A stretch of 64,000 nucleotides of DNA from Octopus sinensis (taxonomy: Eukaryota). Where the stretch lies: NCBI RefSeq assembly GCF_006345805.1, contig NC_043011.1, positions 16,566,464 to 16,630,463 of the forward strand, read 5' to 3'. Positions within the stretch are counted from its first letter, which is position 1. Every line of letters begins with the position of its first letter. Under the pieces are notes generated by a model. It was given only the letters and a program-made list of their open reading frames with translations. It did not search any database and was not told where the DNA came from. The position numbers and the translations under genes were made by a program. Below are positions 1 to 12,740 of the stretch, piece by piece.

Positions 1-257
1 TATATATATATATATATAATATATATATATATGCGCGTGTGTGTGTTTGTGTGTCTGTGTTTGTCCCCCTAGCATTGCTTGACAACCGATGCTGGTGTGT
101 TTATATCCCCGTTACCTAGCGGTTCAGCAAAAGAGACCGATAGAATAAGTACTGGGCTTACAAAAGAATAAGTCCCGGGGTCGAGTTGCTCGATTAAAGG
201 CGGTGCTCCAGCATGGCCGCAGTCAAATGACTGAAAACAAGTAAAAGAGTAAAAGAG

Positions 258-258
<1 letters not shown>
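1..258 (+). mobile_element. 3' half of tRNA-derived SINE family A (internal (TA)n/(TG)n, GTAAAAGA tail)
   Basis: Matches the 3' half of the full copies at 13023-13420 and 21098-21573 (CTAGCATTGCTTGACAACCGATG...GGCGGTGCTCCAGCATGGCCGCAGTC...GTAAAAGAGTAAAAGAG). Confidence 0.85.
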
Positions 259-308
<50 letters not shown>

Positions 309-358
309 ATAGTATTATGCACGTATGTATGTTTATGTACATATGTGTATATACTATG

Positions 359-475
359 TTTTTACAAGAAAAGGGCCGATAGTAACTTCGAAGTTTCGGA
401 TTAATAACCTTCATAGAATTGTCTCATGAAGGCTGGCAGGCCGAGACTTCGAAGTCACTACCATTTCTTGTAAAA
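359..475. repeat. short imperfect fold-back made of two head-to-head degenerate hammerhead-like motifs
   Basis: Arms TTTTACAAGAAA..TAGTAACTTCGAAGTTTCGG / CCGAGACTTCGAAGTCACTA..TTTCTTGTAAAA; each strand reads CT(C/-)ATGAAGG..CCGA(A/G)ACTTCGAAGT. Confidence 0.55.
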
Positions 476-1387
476 GTATAATAATCACGTGGTCTACAAA
501 ACGTATTCAGAACACTAATAAAATAATTTTTGTATAACTTTACATAAAAGTATATTTGTATATGTATGAGTGTGTATACATAAATATATGCATACAAGTG
601 TATATATGAAAACGCATATCCGAGTACTTAGCACATGCTAAGTTACTGACGATAAAATTGCGGTCTCGATTTCTAGACCAGGTAGCACAACCTTACGTCA
701 TGTTGCTTTTGTGTTCTCAGCTGAAAATGAGGTCCAGCTGATTGATGCAGAAGACGTCCCTCCCTTCACCTATCACATCCACGTTGTTCTCTTGAATCAA
801 TAGTGGGAGGAAGGTCAAGAGTACAACTATCTCTTTGCGTGGATATACAGGTGCCTAAAAATTGCATGATACAAGTTCGCCTGTCGCTTGTGAGTAATGG
901 CTAAGATATTTTATTATATTTTAGTGTGTGCTGACGCCCATTTATATATATATATGCGTGTGTGCGAGTCTATACGTGTGTGTATACGTAAATGAAATTT
1001 CCCCGCTTGCGATCAACTCATCTCTACACTCGGGAGGTAATTCATTCTTTGCTAACGATTCATATAACAAGGTTTCCGACAAAAGTACAACGGAGAATTG
1101 ATGATGTATCCATTGAACTTAGCTGAGTGTTACTCGTTTTTCTGAGGTCCGCAAACGATCACTTTCTTAAGGTAAATTCATGGTAGTAGCTGCATATGTC
1201 GTTATTGTGTAAACCGAGTGCATTGTTTAGTTATAGTTCCAACTTCATTTATAAGGTGCTTAGTTATAGTGTCCGGCTGATTTCTCTAAGTTTTGCAGTG
1301 ATACACAAAGACTTGTGAATATAGAAGCATTTCCGGGAATTGCATTCTTTCGCTTCACTAACATTGAAGTACAAGTGATATAATTAC

Positions 1388-1569
1388 ATCTGATAGACCG
1401 TTAGCCACTACACACATTATTTTCTCTCCTTGTTTTTTTCTGTGTCCCTTTCTGTAGAAGAGCGTAGCCTCGAAACGTAAAAGACTTTTTCTATTCCTGA
1501 GCATTATAGTAATACATCTGTTTGTTTTGTACACCACCTGTCTTCGTCTTTTGCTTTTTCGTAAGCTCT

Positions 1570-1643
<74 letters not shown>

Positions 1644-2128
1644 CTTATTTCGCTCTCGCGTCTCATGTTTGATCTTTGACCTCTGGCCGAAATCAGATCG
1701 CCATGTTGATTCGTTAGCTACTGCACGCATTTTTTTCTCTCCTTCTTTCTGTGTTTTTTTTCTCTCTGTGTATCTTTCTGTTGAAGAGCGTAGGCTCGAA
1801 ACGTTAAAGACTTGTTTTATTTATATTTCCTGAGCGCCATACCAATACAATTGTTCGTTTGTTTTCCACCTGCCTTCGTCTTTTGTCTATTTTCATAAAG
1901 CTTCCCGTTATATATATATATACACATATATATTACTAGTCGCCATGATAGATCGTTAACCACTACACACATTATTTTCTCTCCTTGTTCTTTCTGTGTC
2001 CCTTTCTGTAGAAAAGCGTAGGCTCGAAACGTAAGAGACTTTTTTCTATTCCTGAGCGTTATACTAATACATCTGTTTGTTTTGTACACCACCTGTCTTC
2101 GCTTTTGTTTTTTTACGTAAACTCTCCC
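1388..2128 (+). mobile_element. three tandem copies (~190-210 bp) of a non-coding repeat carrying a minimal hammerhead-like motif; fourth copy at 41172-41365
   Basis: Copies at 1388-1572, 1699-1907 and 1941-2128 share CGCCATG..CACTACACACATT..CTTTCTGTNGAAGAGCGTAGGCTCGAAACGT..CACCACCTGTCTTCG..CTCCC; the first two are followed by (TA)n. Confidence 0.75.
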
Positions 2129-3131
2129 TAATTAAATACAAGTCAGGGATGATGCTTATTGATTTAGCAAGCACATTGTTAAGCCTGCCATAGTTTCTGG
2201 TGCTAAGCGGCTTAGATTTTTGTCTCAGGCCCACGTTAGATATCTATACCCGACTTATTTATTTAATTCTCATATGCTGCATTCTTTCTCGCTTTAGCCT
2301 ACGACTTTTTTAACTTTTGGAAACTACAGCGAAGCCTATTGTCGACAGAAGCATTTTCTGGATTCTGAATCGATTTCCGCTTTCGTCGCCCTTGTAATGC
2401 GTACATGCTTTCTCTCATTTTGTTTAGACACGCTGCAGCCAATCAATACCATTGCTTCGAGAGCATATGTAACTAGCTCTATCGTCATCAGCCTTTTATT
2501 CGAAGCTAGTGTAGGTATTGATGATGCACAAAGTGAGAAGATCTTCAGTTACTGTACATTGCCTAACACCGTATTTGCGATTAACATCAAATCTCTTCTG
2601 CTTTCTGCAGAACACGGATATTAAAATCTCTCATTATCACCAACTTTTCTCCATGGAAATAATACTTATTGTTATTTTTATATTACTCTTATACTCCTTT
2701 CTTGTATCAACAGTTTATGCCATTATAAAGTGGTATGGCATCCATTTCCCATAGAATTCCTTAAACACATTATCCAGCCACTATTAGCAACTGATTAGGG
2801 TTTTAACCTAATCTCAGCGCAGTACTATATAGTTTTATGAAAAAGTAATCTTTCGACACTCATCGCTGATTTGGATTTTCTTCCTAAACTAATATGTACA
2901 CTATATACACATTAGTTGAGTCTCTATATTTTCGATAGTGTGTATTTTCAACAAAACAGGTACCGTTACCATGCTACTTACTCCTCAATATGTTACTTGG
3001 TTCTCTTGTAGATGCAAATATTATATTCAGCTGAATCATGACTCAATTTCTGGCAAATTCCTGACTTTTTCTCTACCGTATGGAAAAAGGGACGGCTGTT
3101 GCCTGCAATGCTCATTCACATATATATCTAC

Positions 3132-3536
3132 GGTTCTTTTCGGTTTGAACGGCAGTTTTTTCTAGCGGTGCCATATGAAATTGCCATGCATTACAATGTA
3201 TTTTAGAGTGAGGGTTAGTTAGGGTTAGGGTTAGGGTTAGGGGTGGGGGAAGGGTATCTTTTTTCTTCACAAATGTAAATAAACCCAATGTGTTTCTTAA
3301 ACGAGGGACATATTCATACGGCACACAATGTTGTTTACCTCAATAGACGTCAGTGATTGGTTGAAATTGCAGAAATTGAAGAAAAAACAACAAATATCTT
3401 ACAAACTAAAGAATTTTCTCAATAAAGCCAAGAGAAAAAGATGTTTTATAAACACATTCTACAAGTATACGAAGTTAAAATTGTTTTAGATACCTAGAAA
3501 TTATGTTAAAAACTGCCGTTCAAACCGGAAAGATCC
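3132..3536. mobile_element. Merlin-like MITE with internal (TTAGGG)n
   Basis: TIRs GGTTCTTTTCGGTTTGAACGGCAGTTTTT / AAAAACTGCCGTTCAAACCGGAAAGATCC; exact 8-bp TSD ATATCTAC (3124-3131, 3537-3544); GG termini plus 8-bp TSD fit Merlin. Confidence 0.75.
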
Positions 3537-4602
3537 ATATCTACTCAGTATATATTTGCGCTATAAATATTTTCCCATAAAACTATATTTTAAATACTTA
3601 AAAAATCTTATCCTTTTTGTTTTAGTCACCCTTAGCACCGTTTTTGTGAAGTGTAGTATGCTGAGCGAACGGAGAACAAAGAAGTTAAACTATTGCTACA
3701 GCTGGCCGGTAGACTTCCAGACGTCATGCATCACCCTGTATCTGAGGTGATGTAAAAATATAAGGATATGTGTACGTGTGCCTGTGTGCATACTTATATA
3801 TGCGCGTGTGTATGTGTGTATGTTTGTGTGTATATGTGTATGTATGTTGGTATTATGCATGTATGTATATATGTATGTATGTATGTGTGTGTGTATATAT
3901 ATGCATATATATTCATATCTACTAAAATAATTTAGATTAACAATTATATATTTTTGCCAGTATTCCTATGTTTCACAATGGTATCAATAATCATGAAGTG
4001 ATTGTTACCCCGGCAACATTTTGTATATCCATTTTGAAATATTTCTGATAGTTAGTCACTAAAATAGAACAATTCCATTGTACTTTTTTTTGGTATTTCG
4101 AAAACATTTGTCTTTAGACATAAAACTACGCCACCCCCAGAAAACAATTAAAAGCAGTCGAGCAAACATTTCTTGCAGACGAGATAATGGGGCAAACTCC
4201 CAACACTTTCTTATTAAAATTCTAAATATGGCAAGACTAGCTTTAATCATAGCTGTTTATGTTCCGTCTATTAAATTTAGCCACGACCGAGATCACGGAA
4301 ATACTCGTATAGAAATGCAAACCACACACGAAAATTAAATAGGTTTTAGTTGAACATCTTGACGAAAATTTTGCCGCATCCAATATCCAACATCAAAATA
4401 ACTTTGAACATAGTAATCAATTGATTGATTTGCCAAGATCTCTGAATATTTTTGGAGAAAACGGAATGGGTAACATTTTTATAGTTTTATCTGTCTTTAT
4501 ATCAGAATCATTCTCAATTGACATTTCATATTATTTTATTTTATTTTTACGGCTTCAGCATTGGGAAAATACATTAGAATTTATATACATACATGCATAC
4601 AT

Positions 4603-5100
4603 CTCTCTATATATATAAAACTGAGAATGTGTGTCTGTCTGACAGTCTGTGTGTTTCCCTAAAACGTGAGAACTACACAACCAATATCATTCAAATTTTA
4701 CACATGCCTTACTTAAGGTCCGGGGAGTGTCATCGGCAAAAAAGATTTTGCTTTTTCCCTAGGGCGACCCACAGCAATATCATATCTTCTCCACTATTTC
4801 AATATTACGTGTTAAAAGTGAAACAAAAACATCTCTCTATTGTAATGCAGACATTCACTTTGATACTGAAACTATTAAAGTGAAAGTATTATATAACAGG
4901 GATGAACAATTAACAGTGGTCATCCATTTTGCTAGAATAAGATCCGCTATGGTCTTATATGCTACACCACTGGTTTTCAATTCATATTAATCAAATTAAT
5001 ATTCAATTTCTCACCCTTATTATGTGTGGGGGGGTATTAGCAATTCGTATAAAATTGCATCAATGACTTGAACTTGAATAAGTGGTTTCACATAAATGGG
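4603..5100 (+). mobile_element. non-autonomous Helitron/Helentron-like element (5' part)
   Basis: Begins TCTCTATATATATAAAACTGAGAATGTGTGTCTGTCTG, a start typical of non-autonomous rolling-circle elements; 3' end not resolved. Confidence 0.4.
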
Positions 5101-5449
5101 GATAAATTAAAAAGGTTTGCTGTTATTATTATTACTGTTTGCTATTGTAATTACATTTGTTGGTTCCTCGTCAGAGAAACGTTGTTGTGTTGTATTTGTT
5201 AAATAATTGTAAACCGTAACCCTCCCCCTTTCGGAGAAGGGGTTTTGGTTATTGTTTAAAAATTGAATTGTGTCCCTGTTTGGAGAAATTGACAATATTT
5301 TCACCGTCTTTACGTAAGAATTTTTGTTAAAATGCCTTCGTTAGAAGAAAGTCCAAAAATGAATTTCGCTGCAGCCGTACACTTCTATACAAGAGGGAGG
5401 ACAAGACCCAATTGATCGAAATTGCAAGAGACGGGACTACAATTCCAGT

Positions 5450-5695
5450 CTGTTATATATTTTTATTATCGTTATCACTGGCGATATCAAGATATAACTT
5501 GGACTCCACCTGTACTTGCTTGCAATGATTCATTCCTGAGAGTATGAGACCTTCGGGCCATTTGATATTGGGGAAATTGAAATCACCCATAAGAAATATG
5601 GTCAGGTGATGTTCCAGATTCATGAGGATTTCTTTAATTCTTGTGAGGCAATCTTCAAACTTGCGTATGTGATTTGGAGCATCCGATGGGCAATA
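5450..5695 (-). pseudogene. CR1/L2-like LINE AP-endonuclease fragment
   Basis: Minus-strand translation [48 protein letters not shown] contains the GDFN.P.I.W motif. Confidence 0.7.
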
Positions 5696-5698
5696 TAT

Positions 5699-5710
5699 AT
5701 ATATATATAC

Positions 5711-5746
<36 letters not shown>

Positions 5747-5747
5747 G

Positions 5748-5794
<47 letters not shown>

Positions 5795-5810
5795 ATATAT
5801 ATATATATAT

Positions 5811-5854
<44 letters not shown>

Positions 5855-5909
5855 CATATATAGATAAATATAGAAATATATAGATATATATACACAGATA
5901 TATACATAG

Positions 5910-5961
<52 letters not shown>

Positions 5962-6032
5962 GTATAGATAGATATATAGATATATAAGGTACATATATAT
6001 ATATATATATATATATAAGATAGATAGATAGG

Positions 6033-6083
<51 letters not shown>

Positions 6084-6092
6084 TATAGGTAT
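5699..6092. repeat. compound microsatellite (CTAT)n-(TA)n-(GATA)n in mirror arrangement
   Basis: (CTAT)n block ~5710-5790 is the reverse complement of the (GATA)n block ~6020-6085; TACCTAT / ATAGGTA at the outer edges. Confidence 0.8.
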
Positions 6093-6484
6093 AATAAATG
6101 TTGAAGTGAATCGAACGGCTGTGTGTTTTCTTAAATGGCTTACAAACACCTTCCACGCTGCAATTGTTTTCGTTTCAGCACACGATCTCAGATCAAATGA
6201 CTTGCTATGCAAGTACATTCCGTAATACTATATATATATATTATATATATATAATATATATAATAATATATATATATATAGATATATATATATATTTATT
6301 TATTATTTATATATAATAATATATATATTTATTTATTTATATATATATATAATATATATTATATATATATTATATATATTTATATATATATATATATAAA
6401 AAATTGAATAAGGGTAGAAATTGATATTATCAATAAAACCAGTGCCTAGCATATTAAAGAAATCCGAAGATTAGATATTTTTAC

Positions 6485-6643
6485 ATACAAAATTTAAAGG
6501 ACTGACCACTAAAAGTGGACGTTCAATATGCTAGATATAGACGTCAAAATCGATGAGAACGCATTCTTCGTGGAAAATAGCGATTTTGACGTCTATATCT
6601 AGCATAGTGACCGTCCACTTTTAGTGGTCAGTCCTTTAAATTT

Positions 6644-6648
<5 letters not shown>
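6485..6648. repeat. fold-back: 68-bp inverted arms (2 mismatches) with a 28-nt spacer
   Basis: ATACAAAATTTAAAGGACTGACCACTAAAAGTGGACG..AGACGTCAAAATCG (6485-6552) is inverted at 6581-6648. Confidence 0.9.
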
Positions 6649-6682
<34 letters not shown>

Positions 6683-6683
6683 A

Positions 6684-7428
6684 TATAGGGGTACTATTAT
6701 TCATAGTTACCGATACGCTAGGAGGGACCCTTGCAGTCAAAACTACTAAAATAAACAAATTTTACCGAAAGCAAAACTTCAAAGCATGTCATTTAAAAAC
6801 AGAATTTAATGACATATCACCTGTGATTTCACAATCAATGCAGAATATGCATTCTATGCTCTTCAGTGCAATAAACTCAAGACATGTAAGGAAAAAACAC
6901 AATATAGCATACCCGACAGCCAACCGTAGAATTCGTCGTAGCATGTACGAATGTTTATCTTTAGATATCTATGAAAATGGCGGACCTATTCGCAATGCAT
7001 TTCGGTAACAATTTGTCTATTCGGAACAAAAATTCAGTATTGAACTATTCCGGTGAAAAATATAAATTTAAAATTAAGGATAAAATCTTTATAAGAAATT
7101 ATCAGTAGTTAGCGTGAAAAACCTCGTAAGAGAAAAAAATCTGTAAATTTTTCCACTTTGAAAATATTTTTTTAATATTATATAGAGGGTACTATTATTC
7201 ATATGTACCGACACGCTAGGAGGGACCCTTGCAGTCAAAACTACTAAAATAAACAAATTTTACCGAAAGCAAAACTTCGAAGCAAGTCATTTAAAAACAG
7301 AAATTAGTTACATATCACCTGTGATTTCGCAATCAATGCAGAATATGCTCTTCAGTGCAACGAACTCAAGACATGTAAGGAAAAAAACACAATATAACAT
7401 ACCCGACAGCCAACCGTAGAATTCGTCG
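6684..7428 (+). repeat. partial tandem duplication (~250 bp) of an unclassified repeat
   Basis: GGGTACTATTATTCAT..GGAGGGACCCTTGCAGTC..CCGACAGCCAACCGTAGAATTCGTCGTA at ~6684-6939 and ~7181-7428. Confidence 0.85.
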
Positions 7429-7532
7429 TATATATATATTTAAATATATGTATATATATATATATGGATTTCGAAGACAGGAACTGAAACAAATCGATCG
7501 TATATATATGTATGTATACATGTAAGTGTATG

Positions 7533-10171
7533 GGCTTTGGTATTGGCAACATGAATAACAATGGCCAGAGACTACTTGAATTTTGCACATACCATAACAT
7601 GTGCATCACTAACACATTCTTTGCCAACAAGACATGCCACAAGGCATCTTGGAGACATCCAAGATCACACCACTGGCATCAGCTGGATCTCATCATTACA
7701 CGAAGACCCTTTCTGAATTCTGTTCAACTGACTCGTAGTTACCACAGCGCGGATTGTGACACAGATCATTTACTAATAAGAAGCAAGGTGAGGATTCTGC
7801 CTAAAAAGTCTATCACTCCAAGAAAATGGGCCGACCACACATTAACACTGCCAGAACCTCCGACTCTACCCTGCGACAATGTTTTGCTGTTTCTATCAAA
7901 GTTGCCCTCAGCAGCTGCCCAACCACCTCTGCTGAAAGTAGGTGGAATTATATCAGGGAAGCTTTGTATACCACATCAATAGATACTTTCGGCATGAGAG
8001 AAAGGCAAAACCCAGATTTTGTTCAGTGCCGGGCTCTTAGAGCTGGAAACAGTTATCGAAACAAAGCGTGCAGCTCTGATGTAATACAAGAGTGATTCTT
8101 CTATAAAGTCACTCGAAGAACTCAGAAAGGCAAGAAATAAGACCCAACTGACTGCCAGACGCTCTGAAAATAGGTATTGGCAGGAAATCTGTCAGAGTAT
8201 CCAGTCAGCTGCTGACGGTGGCGACACACGTGGGATGTATGCCGGTTTGAAGAAGGCCCTCGGTCCATCCACAACCAAGTCAGCCCCTCTGAAATCAACT
8301 ACTGGGGATCTCATCAAGGACCAAAGTAAGCAAATGGATAGATGGGTTGAGTACTACCAGGATCTCTACTCACGAGAGACCACGGTAGCTGAGGCTGCAA
8401 TCTAGGGTGTGAAGATCTTTCCTGTCATGTGTGAACTTGACAGTCTGCCACCTATAGCAGAGCTCACCAAGACTAGTGACTCCCTAGCAAGTAACAAGGC
8501 TCCGGGAAAAGACGGCATCCCCTTAGAGATCATCAAAACCGGCAAAAACACCATCCTGCTTCGGCACATTCATGAGCTTCTGTGTCAGTGCTGGGAAGAG
8601 GGTACAGTCCCTCGTGATATGCGGGATGCTAATATCATTACGCCTTACAAAAACAAAGGTGACCTGGTGATTGTAACAATTACCGTGGAATATCTCTTCT
8701 AAGCACTGTTGGAAAGGCGTCTGCTCGAATTATCCTGTCCAGGCTGCAACTGCTTGCTTCTCGAATTTATCCAGAATCGCAGTGTGGCTTTAGAAGAAGC
8801 AGTTCAACTATTGACATGATATTCTCCATACGCCAACTTCAGGAGAAGTCCAGATAGCAGAAAATGCCATTAAATATGGCCTTCATTGACCTGACAAAGG
8901 CCTTTGACTTGGTAAGTAGCAAAGGCCTCTTCATCCTGCTCCAAAAAATCGGATGTCCACCAAAGGATCATCACATCTTTCCATGGTGATATGAAAGGCA
9001 CCATACAGCACAATGATTCAACATCAGCCGCCTTCCAAATAAAAAATGGGGTAAAGCAATGTTGTGTCCTTGCTCCTACATTACTTGCCATCTTCTTCTC
9101 GCTGCCGCTGTCACATGCCTTTGTGACATCAGATGATGGAGTGTTTCTGCACAGTAGAAGTGATGGGAAACTGTTCACTCTCTCGCGTCTGCGTGCCAAG
9201 ACCAAAATCAGAAGCGTCCTGATCAAGGAGTTGCTATTTGCTGATGATGCCGCTCTGGTATCACACACAGAAGCCCTACAAAGGCTCATAAACTGTTTTG
9301 AGCAAGCATGTGACAACTTTGGCTTATTTATCAGCCTCAAGAAGACCAATATCATGGGTCAGGCTACATCGACCATCCCAAACATACATATTGGAGACCA
9401 CAGACTACAGGAAATAGAGAAGTTTACCTATCTTGGCTCTACCGTCACCTAAAACCTATCCCTTGATAATGAGCTCAATATACGCATTGGCAAGGCAGCT
9501 GATTTGATGGCCCAACTCTCCAAACGGGCATGGAACAACAATGAGCTGACCAAGACCACAAAAATGAAGATTTACTAGGCATGTGTACTTAGCACTCTAT
9601 TGTATGGAAGTGAAACTTGGACGCCATACACATGCCATACGACGCCATACGTCGACTAAATATCTTTCACCTGCGCTGCCTTCGCATCAAATGGCACAAT
9701 CATGTCCCCAACAAAGATGTCCTCAAGCAAGCAGGAATACCAAGCATGTTTACACTCCTCACACAAAGACGTATGAGATGGATAGGTCTGTGGGTAGTCC
9801 GTTCTTACGATACAAGGATGTTTGCAAAAGGGACATGAATTCCTGCAACATCAATATTACCAACTGAGAAGCAGTTGCCAGCAACCGTGGAGATTGGCGA
9901 CGTACCGTAAAAGAGGGAACACAAAGGAGTGACATAGAGGGAGAGGAGAAATGGAAAGACAAGAAAAAACGTCAACAAGAAAGTATGACATTACAACTAG
10001 CCAGGCAAAGTCTTCACTATATTTGTGGCACCTGCCAGAGGGAGTGTTTGTCCAGGATAGGATTACACAGTCACAGCAGGAGATGTATTAGGACATGAAA
10101 TGTAAAAGCCGGACTAAATTATTTTATGCGCAACTCCATTGTCTCCCTATACAAAAAGGATGCCAACAACA
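7533..10171 (+). mobile_element. 5'-truncated, frameshifted RTE-clade LINE (AP endonuclease C-terminal half plus reverse transcriptase)
   Basis: NGQRLLEFC..ITNTFF..SWRHPRS..WHQLDLIITRR..SADCDTDH (EN); KAPGKDGIP, AFIDLTKAFD, GVKQCCVLAPTLLAIFF, LLFADDAAL, FTYLGS (RT); RTE-type 3' UTR ending GGATGCCAACAACA. Confidence 0.92.
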
Positions 10172-11539
10172 ATATATATGGATTTCGTAGACAGGAACTG
10201 AAACAAATCAATCGTATATATATGTATATATTTAAGTGTATGTGTGTGTTTTTGTGTCTGTGTTTCGCCCTCATCACTGCTTCACAACTGCTGTTCATTT
10301 ATTTACAGCCACAAAACTTACTGGTTTCACAAGAACAAACTAATAGAATAAGTACTAGGCTTATCAACATAATGAAGCACTGGGCTGTGTCTCATATTTT
10401 TCTTTGCCCACTCAGTTGTATCTATCAATTTATCTTTGTGTGTGTGTGTATATATCTATCTATATATATGTATATATATATATATATATATAACACCCTA
10501 ATGGGAGCCTTAACTCCCAAACTTTAGTAATTTCTTTTATGATCTAAAACTAGGTCAAAAGTACTGAATGGATCTTTATGAAATTTGGAAACTATTTTCT
10601 AAGCATAAGGGCCATAACACCCATGAGAATTCCTATATTTTTGCTGTTGATGAAATTTTAACCATAGATATTAGACTCAAATGAAGTAATATTTATAAAA
10701 TTTCATCTTCTTGCAAAGTTAGAAAGACCCCTCCATGGGGACTTAACACCCACAATTTTCTCATTTCATCTAAGCAAAAACGAATACAGTTGTGCTCTTA
10801 GAAGCTGTAGGGTTATCCGAGCATAAAAGTTGGTCATTATTTCTAATTCAATGGTACAACAGGGTAACAGTTTGCTTTGACATACACTTACATTTTGATT
10901 TCTGCAATGTGGTGCATAAATTGTTAAGTAAATGAGAGGCATCTTTGTCTCCACTGATTCAGTTGCAAAGTGTTGAGTAATGTTATTTGATTGCAGACCT
11001 CCTTTCAGTCTTTTTATTATCACTCGGTCACACATAGTCCCCAGATGGTAACATTGATTACAAGGCCTTCCCAGATAAGTAACTGGTTATTCAAAGACAT
11101 TAATGGATTTTAAATTCATTCTGTCTAGTTACGTATCAGTATAGTGGTCATTTGCAAACTCCAGAGGTGACACTTTAATTTCTCCTAAGCCCCCACGTCA
11201 CACAGTTGTTAATATTGATTTCAGTTAGGTCACGCCCTTCCAATTGCTATAGATTCGTAATGCATCTTACGGCTGTGCCTGTCACCTTGATGGTGATGAA
11301 TCCTAAATTGGGAGTGGTAACGACTAGGGTAGGGTAACTGACTCCTTATTGTGATCATTCGTCTTTTGGTTTCCATGTGGCACGATTACAATTTTTTTAG
11401 GGTGTGTAAAGAGGGAAATAACCCTCATCTGCAATTTTGATGAAATTCGAAACATAGATATTCCAGTTCATTCAGAAAATATAACAGAAAAGTCTAATTC
11501 TTCAATTGAATGTAACCGGGCAACGCCGGTATCTCTGCT

Positions 11540-12022
<483 letters not shown>

Positions 12023-12307
12023 TACATGCTGCAACGTGTTGAAACCATAATAATTAAGTTCACGATAAAAATAGCAATACATTTTATTCGTTTGCATCAT
12101 AAATGTAGACGACATTACGATTCTCTCTGGCTTTTGTTACATTAACAAAGAAATCTATTTTTGGGAAAGAACGGACCAGACAAATAGCCCTATGTTTGTG
12201 ATATGTAACATATCCCCAACAATATATACATATATCTATAGAGAGAGAAAATATATGTGAGTGTGTGTGTGTGTGCGTGTGGGTGTGTGTGTGTATGTGT
12301 GCGTGCA

Positions 12308-12357
<50 letters not shown>

Positions 12358-12367
12358 TATGTGTCTA

Positions 12368-12740
12368 TTACTTGTTCCAGTCATTAGATTGTAGACATGT
12401 TGTGGTACTGCCTTCAAGAATCAAGAATTTTTCGTCGAATGAATCGACTTCAGGGCCTATTTTGTCGGTGACGTTTGCCGAACCACTTCGTTACAGGGAT
12501 GTAAAGTCTCTAATACCGGTTGTCAAGAGGTGGGGTGGTGATAAAAGCAGACAAATCAGACACACACACAAACACACACACATACACATATATATATATA
12601 TATTCATACACGAAGTGCTTTCAGTCTCTGTCTACCCAATCCACTCACAAGTTTTGGTCGGACCCAGGCTATAGTAGAAGACATCTGCCCAAATCGCCAC
12701 CTGTAGACATATGCTTTGGAAGTAAGTTTCTTACCAAACG
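12368..12740 (-). mobile_element. diverged SINE family A copy
   Basis: Reverse complement of the family A body (TTACTTGTTCCAGTC..CTACCCAATCCACTCACAAG..GGCTATAGTAGAAGACA). Confidence 0.7.

Noticed and set aside
2340-2780. Possible pogo/Tigger remnant on the minus strand
   Set aside because: Only vague similarity (WLDNVF, DWLQRV) across several stops and frames; cannot be supported.
3213-3243. Telomere or chromosome-fusion scar
   Set aside because: The few TTAGGG units lie inside a TIR/TSD-bounded MITE.
8870-9355. 161-aa minus-strand ORF
   Set aside because: Antisense shadow of the RTE reverse transcriptase.
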